Assembly: GCF_037902255.1 (NCBI RefSeq)
Contig: NZ_CP147990.1
Location: 2,670,001-2,702,000, forward strand
DNA length: 32,000 nucleotides
DNA from: Candidatus Electrothrix sp. GW3-4
Lineage (GTDB): Bacteria; Desulfobacterota; Desulfobulbia; Desulfobulbales; Desulfobulbaceae
Direction: 5' to 3'
Positions 24,196 through 32,000 of this stretch are shown in pieces (within the stretch, counting starts at the first letter, position 1; each line of letters opens with the position of its first letter). Both the position numbers and the translations under genes were made by a program. The notes beneath the pieces were generated by a model that had not been told where the DNA came from, did not search any database, and saw nothing but the letters and a program-made list of their open reading frames with translations.

Positions 24196-26382
24196 TCATC
24201 CTGCTTGGGCAGTAAGAAAAACAGGCGACTCGTCCCTTCGATGAGCAGCTGTGATCACCATATTTTCGTGCTCACCAGGAAAACGCATGGTGTTATCCAT
24301 ATGTTCATACAATGCCGTCACATCCTCAGCAAAGAGGACAATCTGCTCTTTGTGCCCGGATAACGACCCAAGCTGAGCCCGATGGGCGGAGACGATAAGA
24401 GGGCGGTGAATTGCTGCAACCAAGCCGGTATCAAGGAAATGCTGGGTAAATAAGCTATACACCTCGCTCTCTGTCTTTACTTCCTCGCCCCGAGTGATGA
24501 GCAACATTCGGGCGGCATGAAAGAGGATGCTGTTCAACAATGCCTCTAGCGAGCTATCATCTCCATTTTTTTCTGCAGCAAGCTGGAGGAGATTTTTCCT
24601 GACAATTTTTTTGTCAATATCAATGATATCATAAATGCCAGCCAAACATTCCTCCTGCCCGATATTCTTCAGAGAAAAAAGCTGCTCAGCACCGTGATCA
24701 AAATAATAATTTTTATCTTCAGCAAAGGTGGGAATATCATTATAGCCGGAAGTGCATAATCCAGCGACAATATCCTTACCACCACTGCGCCAATAATCGT
24801 GAAAATCAACAACGTCTGTGGACTGCTCTTTAAAATGGGCATAGCGACGCATGACTTCGGTAATAAACCTGGGCAGATCATAGGCATGTACCCAGCCCAC
24901 TTTATCAGCAATCCTCAGCGTCCCCCCGTACATCCCTCCATTCCCAACGACATTATAGGTGGGAATCAGATGTTCTTCCACCCGCCGCACCTTGCCATAG
25001 AAACCAAGATCAGCTATCCAGTGCTTGGTACATGCATTCGGACATCCGCTGATACGTATCATAATATCATTAGGAGGACAGAAATCTGCGGCGGCAAAGG
25101 TATCCAAATATTGAAAAACAGCATCTGCAGCCGCCTTAGGGGCTGTGAGACCAACCTGACATCCCTGACTGCCAACGCAGGAAATCAGATTACCATAGAG
25201 CATGGGTCTGTCACTCAAGGTACTGTAGCCCATGACCTCTCTATACACATTTGCCAAGAATATCTCTGGGATGTTAATAAGGTACAGATTCTGATCCATG
25301 CCAAATCGCAAGGTATTTTCACCAAAAGGACGGAGAAACTTTTCCAGTGATCGACAGTCTTCTGCGTGGATATCCCCTGAAAAAAGTGCTAACTTAATCC
25401 GACATAATCCCTGCTGCCGCTGCCTGACAACATACCTTTTTTTCCAGGTTCGAAAATCGTCAGAATCCTCGCTCTGAGCGGCTAAGGCGATTTCTCTCTT
25501 GCTGTTTTCTGTGTTATCGATTGCTGCAACATCCAACTTGGCATACCCGCGCTCAAGCACCTTATTCAGTTCCTGACGATAATAGGTACGAAAGGCAGAG
25601 GTCCCGAGGTCGTCATGAAGAAGAAATTTTATACGGTTGCAGCGCTTATTTCTGCGGTTTCCATAAAGATGGAACATATTCTTTACCGCCCTGACCACAT
25701 TATAGACGTCTTCTGGCTGAACAAATTCATGCAGCTGCACACCAACCTTAGGATGTGCTCCCAAGCCGCCGCCGATATAGACCCGAAAGCCCTCTTTCCC
25801 TTCAGCATTCAGCTGGGCGATAAAGCCGATGTCCTGAACAAAGGCAAAGGCGGCCTCTTCAGCAAGGGAGCTGAAGGCAATTTTTATTTTTCTTGGTAAT
25901 TCCAAGCTGTCTGATTCCCTCAGCAAGCGTTCCGTCAGCGCCAATAAGCAAGGCTGCACATCAAAGACCTCCTGATTATTGATGCCGGAATCAGGATTAG
26001 CCACAATATTGCGAACGCTATTCCCCCCCCCACCTTTGCAAGACAGGCCAATCTCTTTCAGCTTCCGCAGAAGCAGGATGATATCTTGCTCCTCAATCCC
26101 ATATAATTGGATTTCAGCCCTTGTGGTCACGTGGACCTTGCTCTTACCATATATCTGAGCAAGGGAGGCAACACCGGCAAGCTGCTTCGGGGTAATGATG
26201 TTGCCGCTACAGCGAATACGGCACATATAGGTTGAACGGTTCCTCTCCAGATAAACCCCCATCTTCACCCGCTTGGCGGTGAATGCGGTTTCATGAAGTC
26301 GTCCAGCCCTGAACTCTGCAAATTCTTGTTCAAAACGAAAGATATCGTCGTCCAAGGATGGCGGCAGTGCATAATGTATCAT
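24196..26382 (-). CDS. assimilatory-type sulfite/nitrite reductase-like hemoprotein (siroheme/4Fe-4S) with a roughly 170-aa C-terminal extension
   Basis: Two NIR_SIR half-domains. The cluster cysteines CVGSQGC and SGCPNAC give a C-x5-C...C-x3-C pattern. The preferred start is ATG 26382 (MIHYALPP..., with GAGGGG upstream). The ORF-track start TTG 26409 is also possible, and the frame stays open 80 codons further upstream (see findings). Confidence 0.8.
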   Translation of the reverse strand: MIHYALPPSLDDDIFRFEQEFAEFRAGRLHETAFTAKRVKMGVYLERNRSTYMCRIRCSGNIITPKQLAGVASLAQIYGKSKVHVTTRAEIQLYGIEEQDIILLLRKLKEIGLSCKGGGGNSVRNIVANPDSGINNQEVFDVQPCLLALTERLLRESDSLELPRKIKIAFSSLAEEAAFAFVQDIGFIAQLNAEGKEGFRVYIGGGLGAHPKVGVQLHEFVQPEDVYNVVRAVKNMFHLYGNRRNKRCNRIKFLLHDDLGTSAFRTYYRQELNKVLERGYAKLDVAAIDNTENSKREIALAAQSEDSDDFRTWKKRYVVRQRQQGLCRIKLALFSGDIHAEDCRSLEKFLRPFGENTLRFGMDQNLYLINIPEIFLANVYREVMGYSTLSDRPMLYGNLISCVGSQGCQVGLTAPKAAADAVFQYLDTFAAADFCPPNDIMIRISGCPNACTKHWIADLGFYGKVRRVEEHLIPTYNVVGNGGMYGGTLRIADKVGWVHAYDLPRFITEVMRRYAHFKEQSTDVVDFHDYWRSGGKDIVAGLCTSGYNDIPTFAEDKNYYFDHGAEQLFSLKNIGQEECLAGIYDIIDIDKKIVRKNLLQLAAEKNGDDSSLEALLNSILFHAARMLLITRGEEVKTESEVYSLFTQHFLDTGLVAAIHRPLIVSAHRAQLGSLSGHKEQIVLFAEDVTALYEHMDNTMRFPGEHENMVITAAHRRDESPVFLTAQAG

Positions 26383-26677
26383 GATCCCCTCATTCTGATG
26401 TATTCTCAAGCATTCAAGGTCATAACAGTACGGAACAAGACCGATCCCATGCTGTGGTTTCTTTCTGGCAAGATCTTTCTCACCCTCTTCAATAAGTCCC
26501 TGCTGAATATGAAAAGAACGAACTGGTTGCTGACAGTCAAAAAGCGAGATAATAAGAGAGCTGATATGAGGTTCAGCGGCGTGACGAATGTCTTCCGCTG
26601 AAGGGCGGGGCCGGGTTTTCAGGGTGAGAATAATAGACGGCTCAGAGTCTCAGGCTAAGATTCAGCAGGAGACCCCA

Positions 26678-27004
26678 TCATGCCTTTTGGATCACTACCC
26701 TCCACTGATCGCCGTGCTTTTCCTGGCACAATACCGTATGTCCCTCCTGTTGCACAGAACCGGGGACATTTCTCACAGGAGGACCAGCGTCCAAAATAAT
26801 CTCCAGGATTTGACCGGAGTCCATGGCGGACAGATGCATTTTGGTCTTCGCGTAATTCAGCGGACATCGCACGCCGCTCAGATCTTCGAATCTATCCACC
26901 CGCCAATCTTTACCCGTAGATTCAGCATCCTGATCACCGTTCTTCTCCATATCTCTGCTCGCCATATTATAACATTCTCCTGGAAGCCGCATAGCGTCGT
27001 CCAT
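26678..27004 (-). CDS. TusA/SirA-family sulfur-carrier (sulfurtransferase) protein
   Basis: LSGVRCPLNYAKTKMHLSAMDSGQILEIILD matches the TusA CP-x-P...K active-site region and fold pattern. The start is uncertain: ATG 27004, 26965 or 26950. Confidence 0.7.
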   Translation of the reverse strand: MDDAMRLPGECYNMASRDMEKNGDQDAESTGKDWRVDRFEDLSGVRCPLNYAKTKMHLSAMDSGQILEIILDAGPPVRNVPGSVQQEGHTVLCQEKHGDQWRVVIQKA

Positions 27005-27257
27005 CTTTCTCTATAACCCCATCTCTCCCCTTCTGGGGGAGGGACAACAAAGCATGAAAGGTGACCGGACGACTCCAAGAAGTTGTCGCTACTTTCATAT
27101 AAATTCTATACAAGAACTGCCAAATGCCCTGGATTCAACGTGCCCAGACAAGACCAAAACGATAAGACCGGGATCAAAAAAATACCGGGCAAATAAACTG
27201 GTGTTCGATTCCGAATCCCCTGGGACAGGATACAGGCCGCGGTCGAAAACAGATTGA

Positions 27258-28067
27258 TCAAGCCGACAGGTCGCAGGTTGCTCTGCCAATTTCGGTCAGG
27301 TCGTGTATGGTGGGATTTTCCCCGCAAAGAGGACAGTCAGAGCGCTTTTTCAGGTCCACCCGTCTGAAATGCATAGTTTTGGCATCAAAGGTGAGAAGGG
27401 TATCAGTGAGCAGTATTCCGGCTCCGGTGATAAATTTGAGGGCTTCTGCCGCTTGGATCGTTCCCAACATACCGGCGATCGCACCAAGCACCCCGGCCTG
27501 TGAACAACTGGGAACCGCCTCGGGAGGGGGAGGCTGTCTAAAAGAACAGCGATAGCAGGCTGAGCGACCGGGAAGAACCGTCATGGTTTGGCCATCAAAA
27601 CGCAAAATACCGCCATGCGAGAAGGGAATACCGGCCATTACACAGGCATCGTTCACCAAAAACTTGGTAGCGAAATTATCGGTACCGTCCAAAACAAAAT
27701 CGTAGTCACTTATTATTTCTTTTATATTTGAAGCGTTGAGATAAAGCTTATAGGAATTGACCTCAATATCAGGATTAATAGCCCGCATTTTTTCGGCAGC
27801 AGAATCAACCTTTGGGCGTTGTATATCGCTTGAGAAATGAATCACCTGACGCTGCAGGTTCGATATTTCGACGACATCTGCATCGACAATACCTATGGTA
27901 CCCACTCCTGCTGCGGCCAAATAAAGAGCAATCGGAGAACCCAATCCACCAGCACCGACAACCAGTACCTTGGCCCCCATGAGTTTAGCCTGCCCCTCTG
28001 GGCCTACATCCTGAAGAATAATATGACGGCTGTAACGGTCCAGCTGTTCGTCTGTCAATTCAAGCAT
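27258..28067 (-). CDS. MoeB/ThiF-type E1-like adenylyltransferase for a ubiquitin-like sulfur carrier
   Basis: LTDEQLDRYSRHIILQDVGPEGQAKL, the nucleotide loop VVGAGGLGSP, and two Zn-type CxxC pairs (CYRC, CPLC). It has no rhodanese domain. Confidence 0.85.
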   Translation of the reverse strand: MLELTDEQLDRYSRHIILQDVGPEGQAKLMGAKVLVVGAGGLGSPIALYLAAAGVGTIGIVDADVVEISNLQRQVIHFSSDIQRPKVDSAAEKMRAINPDIEVNSYKLYLNASNIKEIISDYDFVLDGTDNFATKFLVNDACVMAGIPFSHGGILRFDGQTMTVLPGRSACYRCSFRQPPPPEAVPSCSQAGVLGAIAGMLGTIQAAEALKFITGAGILLTDTLLTFDAKTMHFRRVDLKKRSDCPLCGENPTIHDLTEIGRATCDLSA

Positions 28068-28285
28068 CTATTAGTATAGTAAAAAACAAGTTACTCCACC
28101 CCAAGCGGAGAGTTAAACAGGTCACAACTTGCGTTCTTATGAAGGGATGCTGAACAGTACATTCACGCATCCCATAAAGGCTGAGGAAGACCTACTGCTC
28201 TCAGCGGACTCAACAATCATTTCTTAGCAAACTTGCTGGTCCGCTGTCGTCACTCATCCATTTTTCACGTCTCGACAGTTGCTCT

Positions 28286-28495
28286 TCAACCGCCTGCCAT
28301 AAAATACAGAAAATCGACCTCGTTTCTATCTACAATCATGGTATTGTGATAGGTACCCCGATCAACGATCTCACCATTCAGTTGCACCGCCACCATTTCA
28401 GGTGATGTCACCTGTTCCATTTCAAGCAACCCAGCAACACTCATCTTCGTTACCTTATCGATAAAACGAGACTCTCCGTTTAATCTGATCTCCAT
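28286..28495 (-). CDS. ThiS/MoaD-family ubiquitin-like sulfur-carrier protein ending in Gly-Gly
   Basis: 69 aa. MEIRLNGE...VAVQLNGEIVDR...FLYFMAGG-stop is the ThiS pattern with a free C-terminal GG. A strong SD (GGAGGAG) lies upstream. Confidence 0.8.
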   Translation of the reverse strand: MEIRLNGESRFIDKVTKMSVAGLLEMEQVTSPEMVAVQLNGEIVDRGTYHNTMIVDRNEVDFLYFMAGG

Positions 28496-28709
28496 AATTT
28501 CTCCTCCAAAAAAACTTATGGTTTTACTGCAAAATCCAACCCTATTTTCTGTATAATTACAAAGCAGTTAACCTTACAGTCATACAGAAGCACATTATAC
28601 TTACTACAATGTGCCTGGTATAAATGTCAAGCAGAAAAGCGCATTCCAACCAGGTTCGGTTCAATTTTTTTTACTTCTGACACAGGGATTTTCTCCCAAT
28701 CCTTGCGGG

Positions 28710-30155
28710 CTACTTCCCAAGGCAAAACCGACTAAAAAGCACATCAAGAATATCATCCGACGTGGTTAACCCGACAATATCAGCAAGATGGTCTAAGGCC
28801 GCCCGTAAATCAACCGCCAGCAGGTCGGCAGGCCCTCCCAGCAGCAAGGTCTGCCTCACTTGTGAACAGGCAACCAGCGTCTTTTCCAGGATCATTTTAT
28901 GACGAAGATTGGGCGCACAGGAAATGCGCTCATTCACCTCTTCTTCCTCACCGATTATCGTCTGATAAACCGCTTCCCGTAACTCCGCGATACCGACACC
29001 GCTCTTGGCCGCTGTTTGGACCTGGGAAACTGCACCAAAAAAGCTGTTTAACTCCTGCAAGAGGCCCGTATCTGCGATATCTATTTTATTGAACACCACA
29101 ACCCGCTTACGATCGTCCAGCGAGGCATACAAACTCCGATCTCTCTCGCTCAGCCCTTGACTCGCATCAACCACAAAGAGGACCAGATCTGCCTCCTGCA
29201 TTTTCTGGCGGGCACGCTCAATGCCCAACTCTTCAACAGCATCCTCATGCTCACGAATACCAGCTGTATCAATAAGATGAACAGGGACACCCTGCACAGA
29301 GATAAGTTCTTCAATCGTATCCCGGGTTGTTCCAGGGATCTCGGTCACCAGGGCACGTTCCTCCTGAAGTAACTGGTTCAACAGGCTTGATTTCCCTACA
29401 TTAGGCTGGCCCACGATCACCGCCTTAATCCCCTCGCGAATGACCCTGCCCTGATCTGCTAAGGCAAGCAGGAGCAGGAGGGGCTGTTCGACTCCTTCCT
29501 GTACTTGTCCGAGTAAACGATCTGCAACAAGGATATCCGTCTCATCATCAGGAAAATCCAGGGCCAGTTCAACGATGGCCAAGATCTCAACAAGCGCATC
29601 CCGAATTGCGGCAATGCGTTGGTACAGTTGTCCGCGCAGCTGCCCTACTGCCAATTCAACTCCGCCCATACTCTGGGCCTGGAGCAGATCAATGACGGCC
29701 TCAGCCTGGGTGAGATCAATACGCCCGGCAAGAAAGGCCCGCTTTGTGAATTCACCAGGCTCAGCAGCCCGAGTGCCAACAGCAAGGATCTCAGCAAGAA
29801 TGGCCTGCTGCACCAGATAGCTGCCATGACATTGTATTTCTGCCACGTCTTCCCGGGTGTAGGTATGGGGAGCCCGCATAAAAACCGCCATGACTTCGTC
29901 AAGGACTGTCCCATGCCGGTCCCGCACCGTGCCGTAGAAGAGCCTGTGACTGGGAAAGGAACCGTCGGCATGCAGACTTTCCCGCCTGTGCGGCACAAAA
30001 AGGCGCTGCAAAACAGCAGCAGCAGCAGAGCCGCTGATACGAATCACACCGATACCACCAATCCCCGGTGCTGTGGCAATAGCGGCTATAGTCTCATCAG
30101 CTGTCAGAAGCACGATCAGTCTGCTGCCCCTTTTTCCCTTTGCCCTTCCGTGCAT
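28710..30155 (-). CDS. mnmE: tRNA modification GTPase MnmE (TrmE)
   Basis: TIAAIATAPGIGGIGVIRISG at the N-terminus, G1 motif GQPNVGKSSLLN, and the C-terminal CLGK motif. ATG 30155 overlaps jag by 59 nt. GTG 30113 (MLLTADETIAA) is an alternative start. Confidence 0.9.
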   Translation of the reverse strand: MHGRAKGKRGSRLIVLLTADETIAAIATAPGIGGIGVIRISGSAAAAVLQRLFVPHRRESLHADGSFPSHRLFYGTVRDRHGTVLDEVMAVFMRAPHTYTREDVAEIQCHGSYLVQQAILAEILAVGTRAAEPGEFTKRAFLAGRIDLTQAEAVIDLLQAQSMGGVELAVGQLRGQLYQRIAAIRDALVEILAIVELALDFPDDETDILVADRLLGQVQEGVEQPLLLLLALADQGRVIREGIKAVIVGQPNVGKSSLLNQLLQEERALVTEIPGTTRDTIEELISVQGVPVHLIDTAGIREHEDAVEELGIERARQKMQEADLVLFVVDASQGLSERDRSLYASLDDRKRVVVFNKIDIADTGLLQELNSFFGAVSQVQTAAKSGVGIAELREAVYQTIIGEEEEVNERISCAPNLRHKMILEKTLVACSQVRQTLLLGGPADLLAVDLRAALDHLADIVGLTTSDDILDVLFSRFCLGK

Positions 30156-31035
30156 AGTTTTTTTTCCGGCCCGGCTTATAGATCAATACCTTCTTAAATA
30201 AGCCTGCCCCCACAGAACGACTGCGTATGGTCTTATCATCCTGCAAAACCATGTGAACCACCCGTCGCTCCGAAGGATTCAAGGCCGGAATTGCCTGGGT
30301 TTTCCCTTCTTCCCGGACGCGGGCAGCAAGCTCCAGAGCCAGTTCTTTGAGTTCCTCGGCCCGACGTTCCCGGTAGGTGCCCACATCAAGAGAAAACATG
30401 ATCCGTTCTGGCAGACGCCTGGAGGTTATTTTGCGCAACAAGTATTGGAGGCTGTCCAAAGTCCTGCCTTCTCTGCCAACAAGCTCCTCTTCGTAATCAT
30501 CACTGATATGACAGGCAACAGTGTAGTTTTCCAGGGTAACCGTCACTGTTGAGGGAAAGCCCATAATCCTGAGCATGGCCGTGATGTCTTCCTGGATCTC
30601 TGCCAATACTTCATCCGTGGGAAGCTCCGGCGGGGGCAGTTCAGCGTCGGCACGCCGTTCAGTTCGTGGCGCGGTCTTCTTGCTATTTTTCCGAGCACCA
30701 TTCCTTGGCGCAGACTCCTGGGATATTTGTGAGGTTTCCGAATCTTGCCCTGGCACGTCATCGGCCTTGGGAGCGGATGCTTTTTTCCCACTCTCCGTCC
30801 TTCTTCTCCCTTGGACGGCTTGTTCCGTTACGCCGGGCTCCTTGCCAGAAGAGCCGCCCTCTTCTTTCTTTGTTACGCGGATATGCGCTTTTTTTCGGCA
30901 TAACCCGAAGATTCCCGAGGACCCGGTCTCCAGAATTTCAATATCCAGTCCTTCCTGTGAGGTCGAGAATTCCTGACACGCCTCGGCTATGGCATCGGTA
31001 ACGGTGCCGCCGTAAAAATCTTTTCCTTGTACCAT
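30097..31035 (-). CDS. jag: Jag/KhpB-type RNA-binding protein (Jag_N + KH + R3H)
   Basis: The N-terminus GKDFYGGTVTDAIAEACQEF is Jag_N-like. A low-complexity basic linker follows, then the C-terminal R3H block PSERRVVHMVLQDDKTIRSRSVGAGLFKKVLI. It lies in the conserved position between yidC and mnmE. Confidence 0.85.
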   Translation of the reverse strand: MVQGKDFYGGTVTDAIAEACQEFSTSQEGLDIEILETGSSGIFGLCRKKAHIRVTKKEEGGSSGKEPGVTEQAVQGRRRTESGKKASAPKADDVPGQDSETSQISQESAPRNGARKNSKKTAPRTERRADAELPPPELPTDEVLAEIQEDITAMLRIMGFPSTVTVTLENYTVACHISDDYEEELVGREGRTLDSLQYLLRKITSRRLPERIMFSLDVGTYRERRAEELKELALELAARVREEGKTQAIPALNPSERRVVHMVLQDDKTIRSRSVGAGLFKKVLIYKPGRKKNYARKGKGKKGQQTDRASDS

Positions 31036-31063
31036 CTACACAGTTCCTTTAGATAATATTCTC

Positions 31064-32000
31064 TCAGGCAGCTATTGTTTTACTGCCTGTCTGCCGGTTG
31101 ATAAGCTGCTGCTGTAGAATAGAAAGCAGGTTATTGACAAACCAGTACAGAACCAGCCCGGATGCAAAATTAACAAACATCACGGTAAAAATAATAGGCA
31201 GAAACTGCATGACCTTGGCCTGGGTTGGATCTGCCGTTGTCGGTGTCATCTTCTGCTGTAAGTACATTGATGCGCCCATAAAAATAGTCAGCACGGGTAT
31301 TCCGTGCAGATAGGGAATATCAAAACCGATCATCAAGCGGTCCGGGGCAGACAGGTCATTGATCCAGAGCATGAACGGGGCATGGCGGAGCTCAATGGCT
31401 GCCATGAGAACCCGGTACAGGGCAAAGAAGAAGGGGATCTGAATCAGCATGGGAAGGCACCCCCCTATAGGATTAACCTTATAGGTCTTATACAGGGCCA
31501 TCATCTCCTGATTCATCTTCACCGGATCATCTTTATACTTCTCCCGCAGCTTCGCGACCTTGGGTTGCAGCTTCTGCATATTCTTCATGGACTTCATACC
31601 CTTTTGGGTAATCGGCCAGAAGGATCCCTTGACCAGACAGGTCAGCAAGATGATAGCGATACCGTAATTACCCAAAACAGCATAAAAAAAGTTAAGCAGA
31701 TACAGCATGGGCTTGGCCAGAATATCAAACCAGCCAAAGTTAATCGCCTCAGCAAGATCATAGCCGGTTGCCTTTAAATAAGCCAATTTTTTCGGGCCAA
31801 AAAATCCCTCATAGCGAAACTCCTTGCTTTCACCCGGAGCCAGCTTCAGAATACCGCCCGTCAAAACCGTACGGACCTTGTCCCCCCCCACGCCCCTAAA
31901 GGTGCCAGCGCTTCCCACTCCAGGAATCAGGGCATTCATGAAATAATTGTCCACATGGGCAGCCCACCTGACCTGACCTTGCAAGGGATAAGGACCTTCG
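31064..32000 (-). CDS. yidC: membrane protein insertase YidC (C-terminal part; the N-terminus lies beyond the window end)
   Basis: Conserved core NFGWFDILAKP...ITQKGMKSMKNMQKLQPK...YKVNPIGGCLPMLIQIPFFFALY. The frame is open to the window edge. Confidence 0.9.
   Translation of the reverse strand, partial: EGPYPLQGQVRWAAHVDNYFMNALIPGVGSAGTFRGVGGDKVRTVLTGGILKLAPGESKEFRYEGFFGPKKLAYLKATGYDLAEAINFGWFDILAKPMLYLLNFFYAVLGNYGIAIILLTCLVKGSFWPITQKGMKSMKNMQKLQPKVAKLREKYKDDPVKMNQEMMALYKTYKVNPIGGCLPMLIQIPFFFALYRVLMAAIELRHAPFMLWINDLSAPDRLMIGFDIPYLHGIPVLTIFMGASMYLQQKMTPTTADPTQAKVMQFLPIIFTVMFVNFASGLVLYWFVNNLLSILQQQLINRQTGSKTIAA

Noticed and set aside
26650-26664. Two in-frame TGA codons upstream of the reductase frame, considered as possible selenocysteine codons
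   Set aside because: The two TGAs are only four codons apart. The frame further upstream overlaps the TusA-like gene out of frame. The only hairpin starts about 40 nt downstream, which is poorly placed for a bacterial SECIS.
27199-27217. GGTGTTCGATTCCGAATCC, which resembles a tRNA T-arm (GGTTCGAATCC)
   Set aside because: The flanking bases do not pair into a T-stem. No acceptor, D or anticodon arms can be drawn on either strand, so it is not a tRNA.
29619-30197. 192-aa plus-strand ORF (and 24799-25350, 183 aa)
   Set aside because: They are antisense to mnmE and to the sulfite-reductase-like gene respectively, and have no motifs.
1-32000. Scan for CRISPR arrays, rRNA/tRNA genes, integrase or att sites, and long tandem repeats
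   Set aside because: I found no regularly spaced direct repeats, no rRNA-like or cloverleaf-compatible sequence and no tyrosine/serine recombinase ORF. The only repeats found are the IS-related ones reported above.

Overview
The window looks like roughly 50% GC bacterial chromosome (judged by eye). No rRNA, tRNA or CRISPR array is visible. The taxon cannot be proven from the sequence; the gene content weakly suggests an anaerobic, delta-proteobacterium-like organism.

Layout, left to right:
1. GDP-mannose genes manB (5'-truncated by the window edge) and manC, followed by mnmA.
2. A convergent 1,635-aa single-polypeptide signalling protein: Ser/Thr kinase, P-loop STAND-type NTPase, TPR array, GAF and GGDEF. 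It is transcribed divergently from a small 3-TM + cyclic-nucleotide-binding protein and an APC-type permease with a cytosolic tail.
3. An AT-rich orphan ORF with its own promoter and terminator.
4. A roughly 6.3-kb insertion-sequence graveyard (about 12.3-18.5 kb). It holds a transposase fragment and a 3,488-bp unit carrying an IS1634-family and an IS66-family transposase, bounded by about 28-bp inverted repeats and a 6-bp TTTAAT duplication. It also holds a stranded Maa/LacA-type acetyltransferase, and a second, diverged IS1634-like remnant split at a CTAG site by an IS630-family element plus an adjacent 105-bp MITE-like element.
5. Core genes, all on the minus strand: hflK-hflC, a rhomboid protease tightly coupled to sucD, and a sucC split by a 1-nt frameshift.
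6. A ThiS-like / MoeB-ThiF-like / TusA-like / assimilatory-type sulfite-reductase-like cluster.
7. mnmE-jag-yidC, with yidC running off the window.

Best candidates for something undescribed:
- the kinase-NTPase-TPR-GAF-GGDEF gene with its divergent TM-cNMP/permease partners;
- the sulfur-carrier / sulfite-reductase cluster, which has odd leader features.

Functional links between these genes are inference only.
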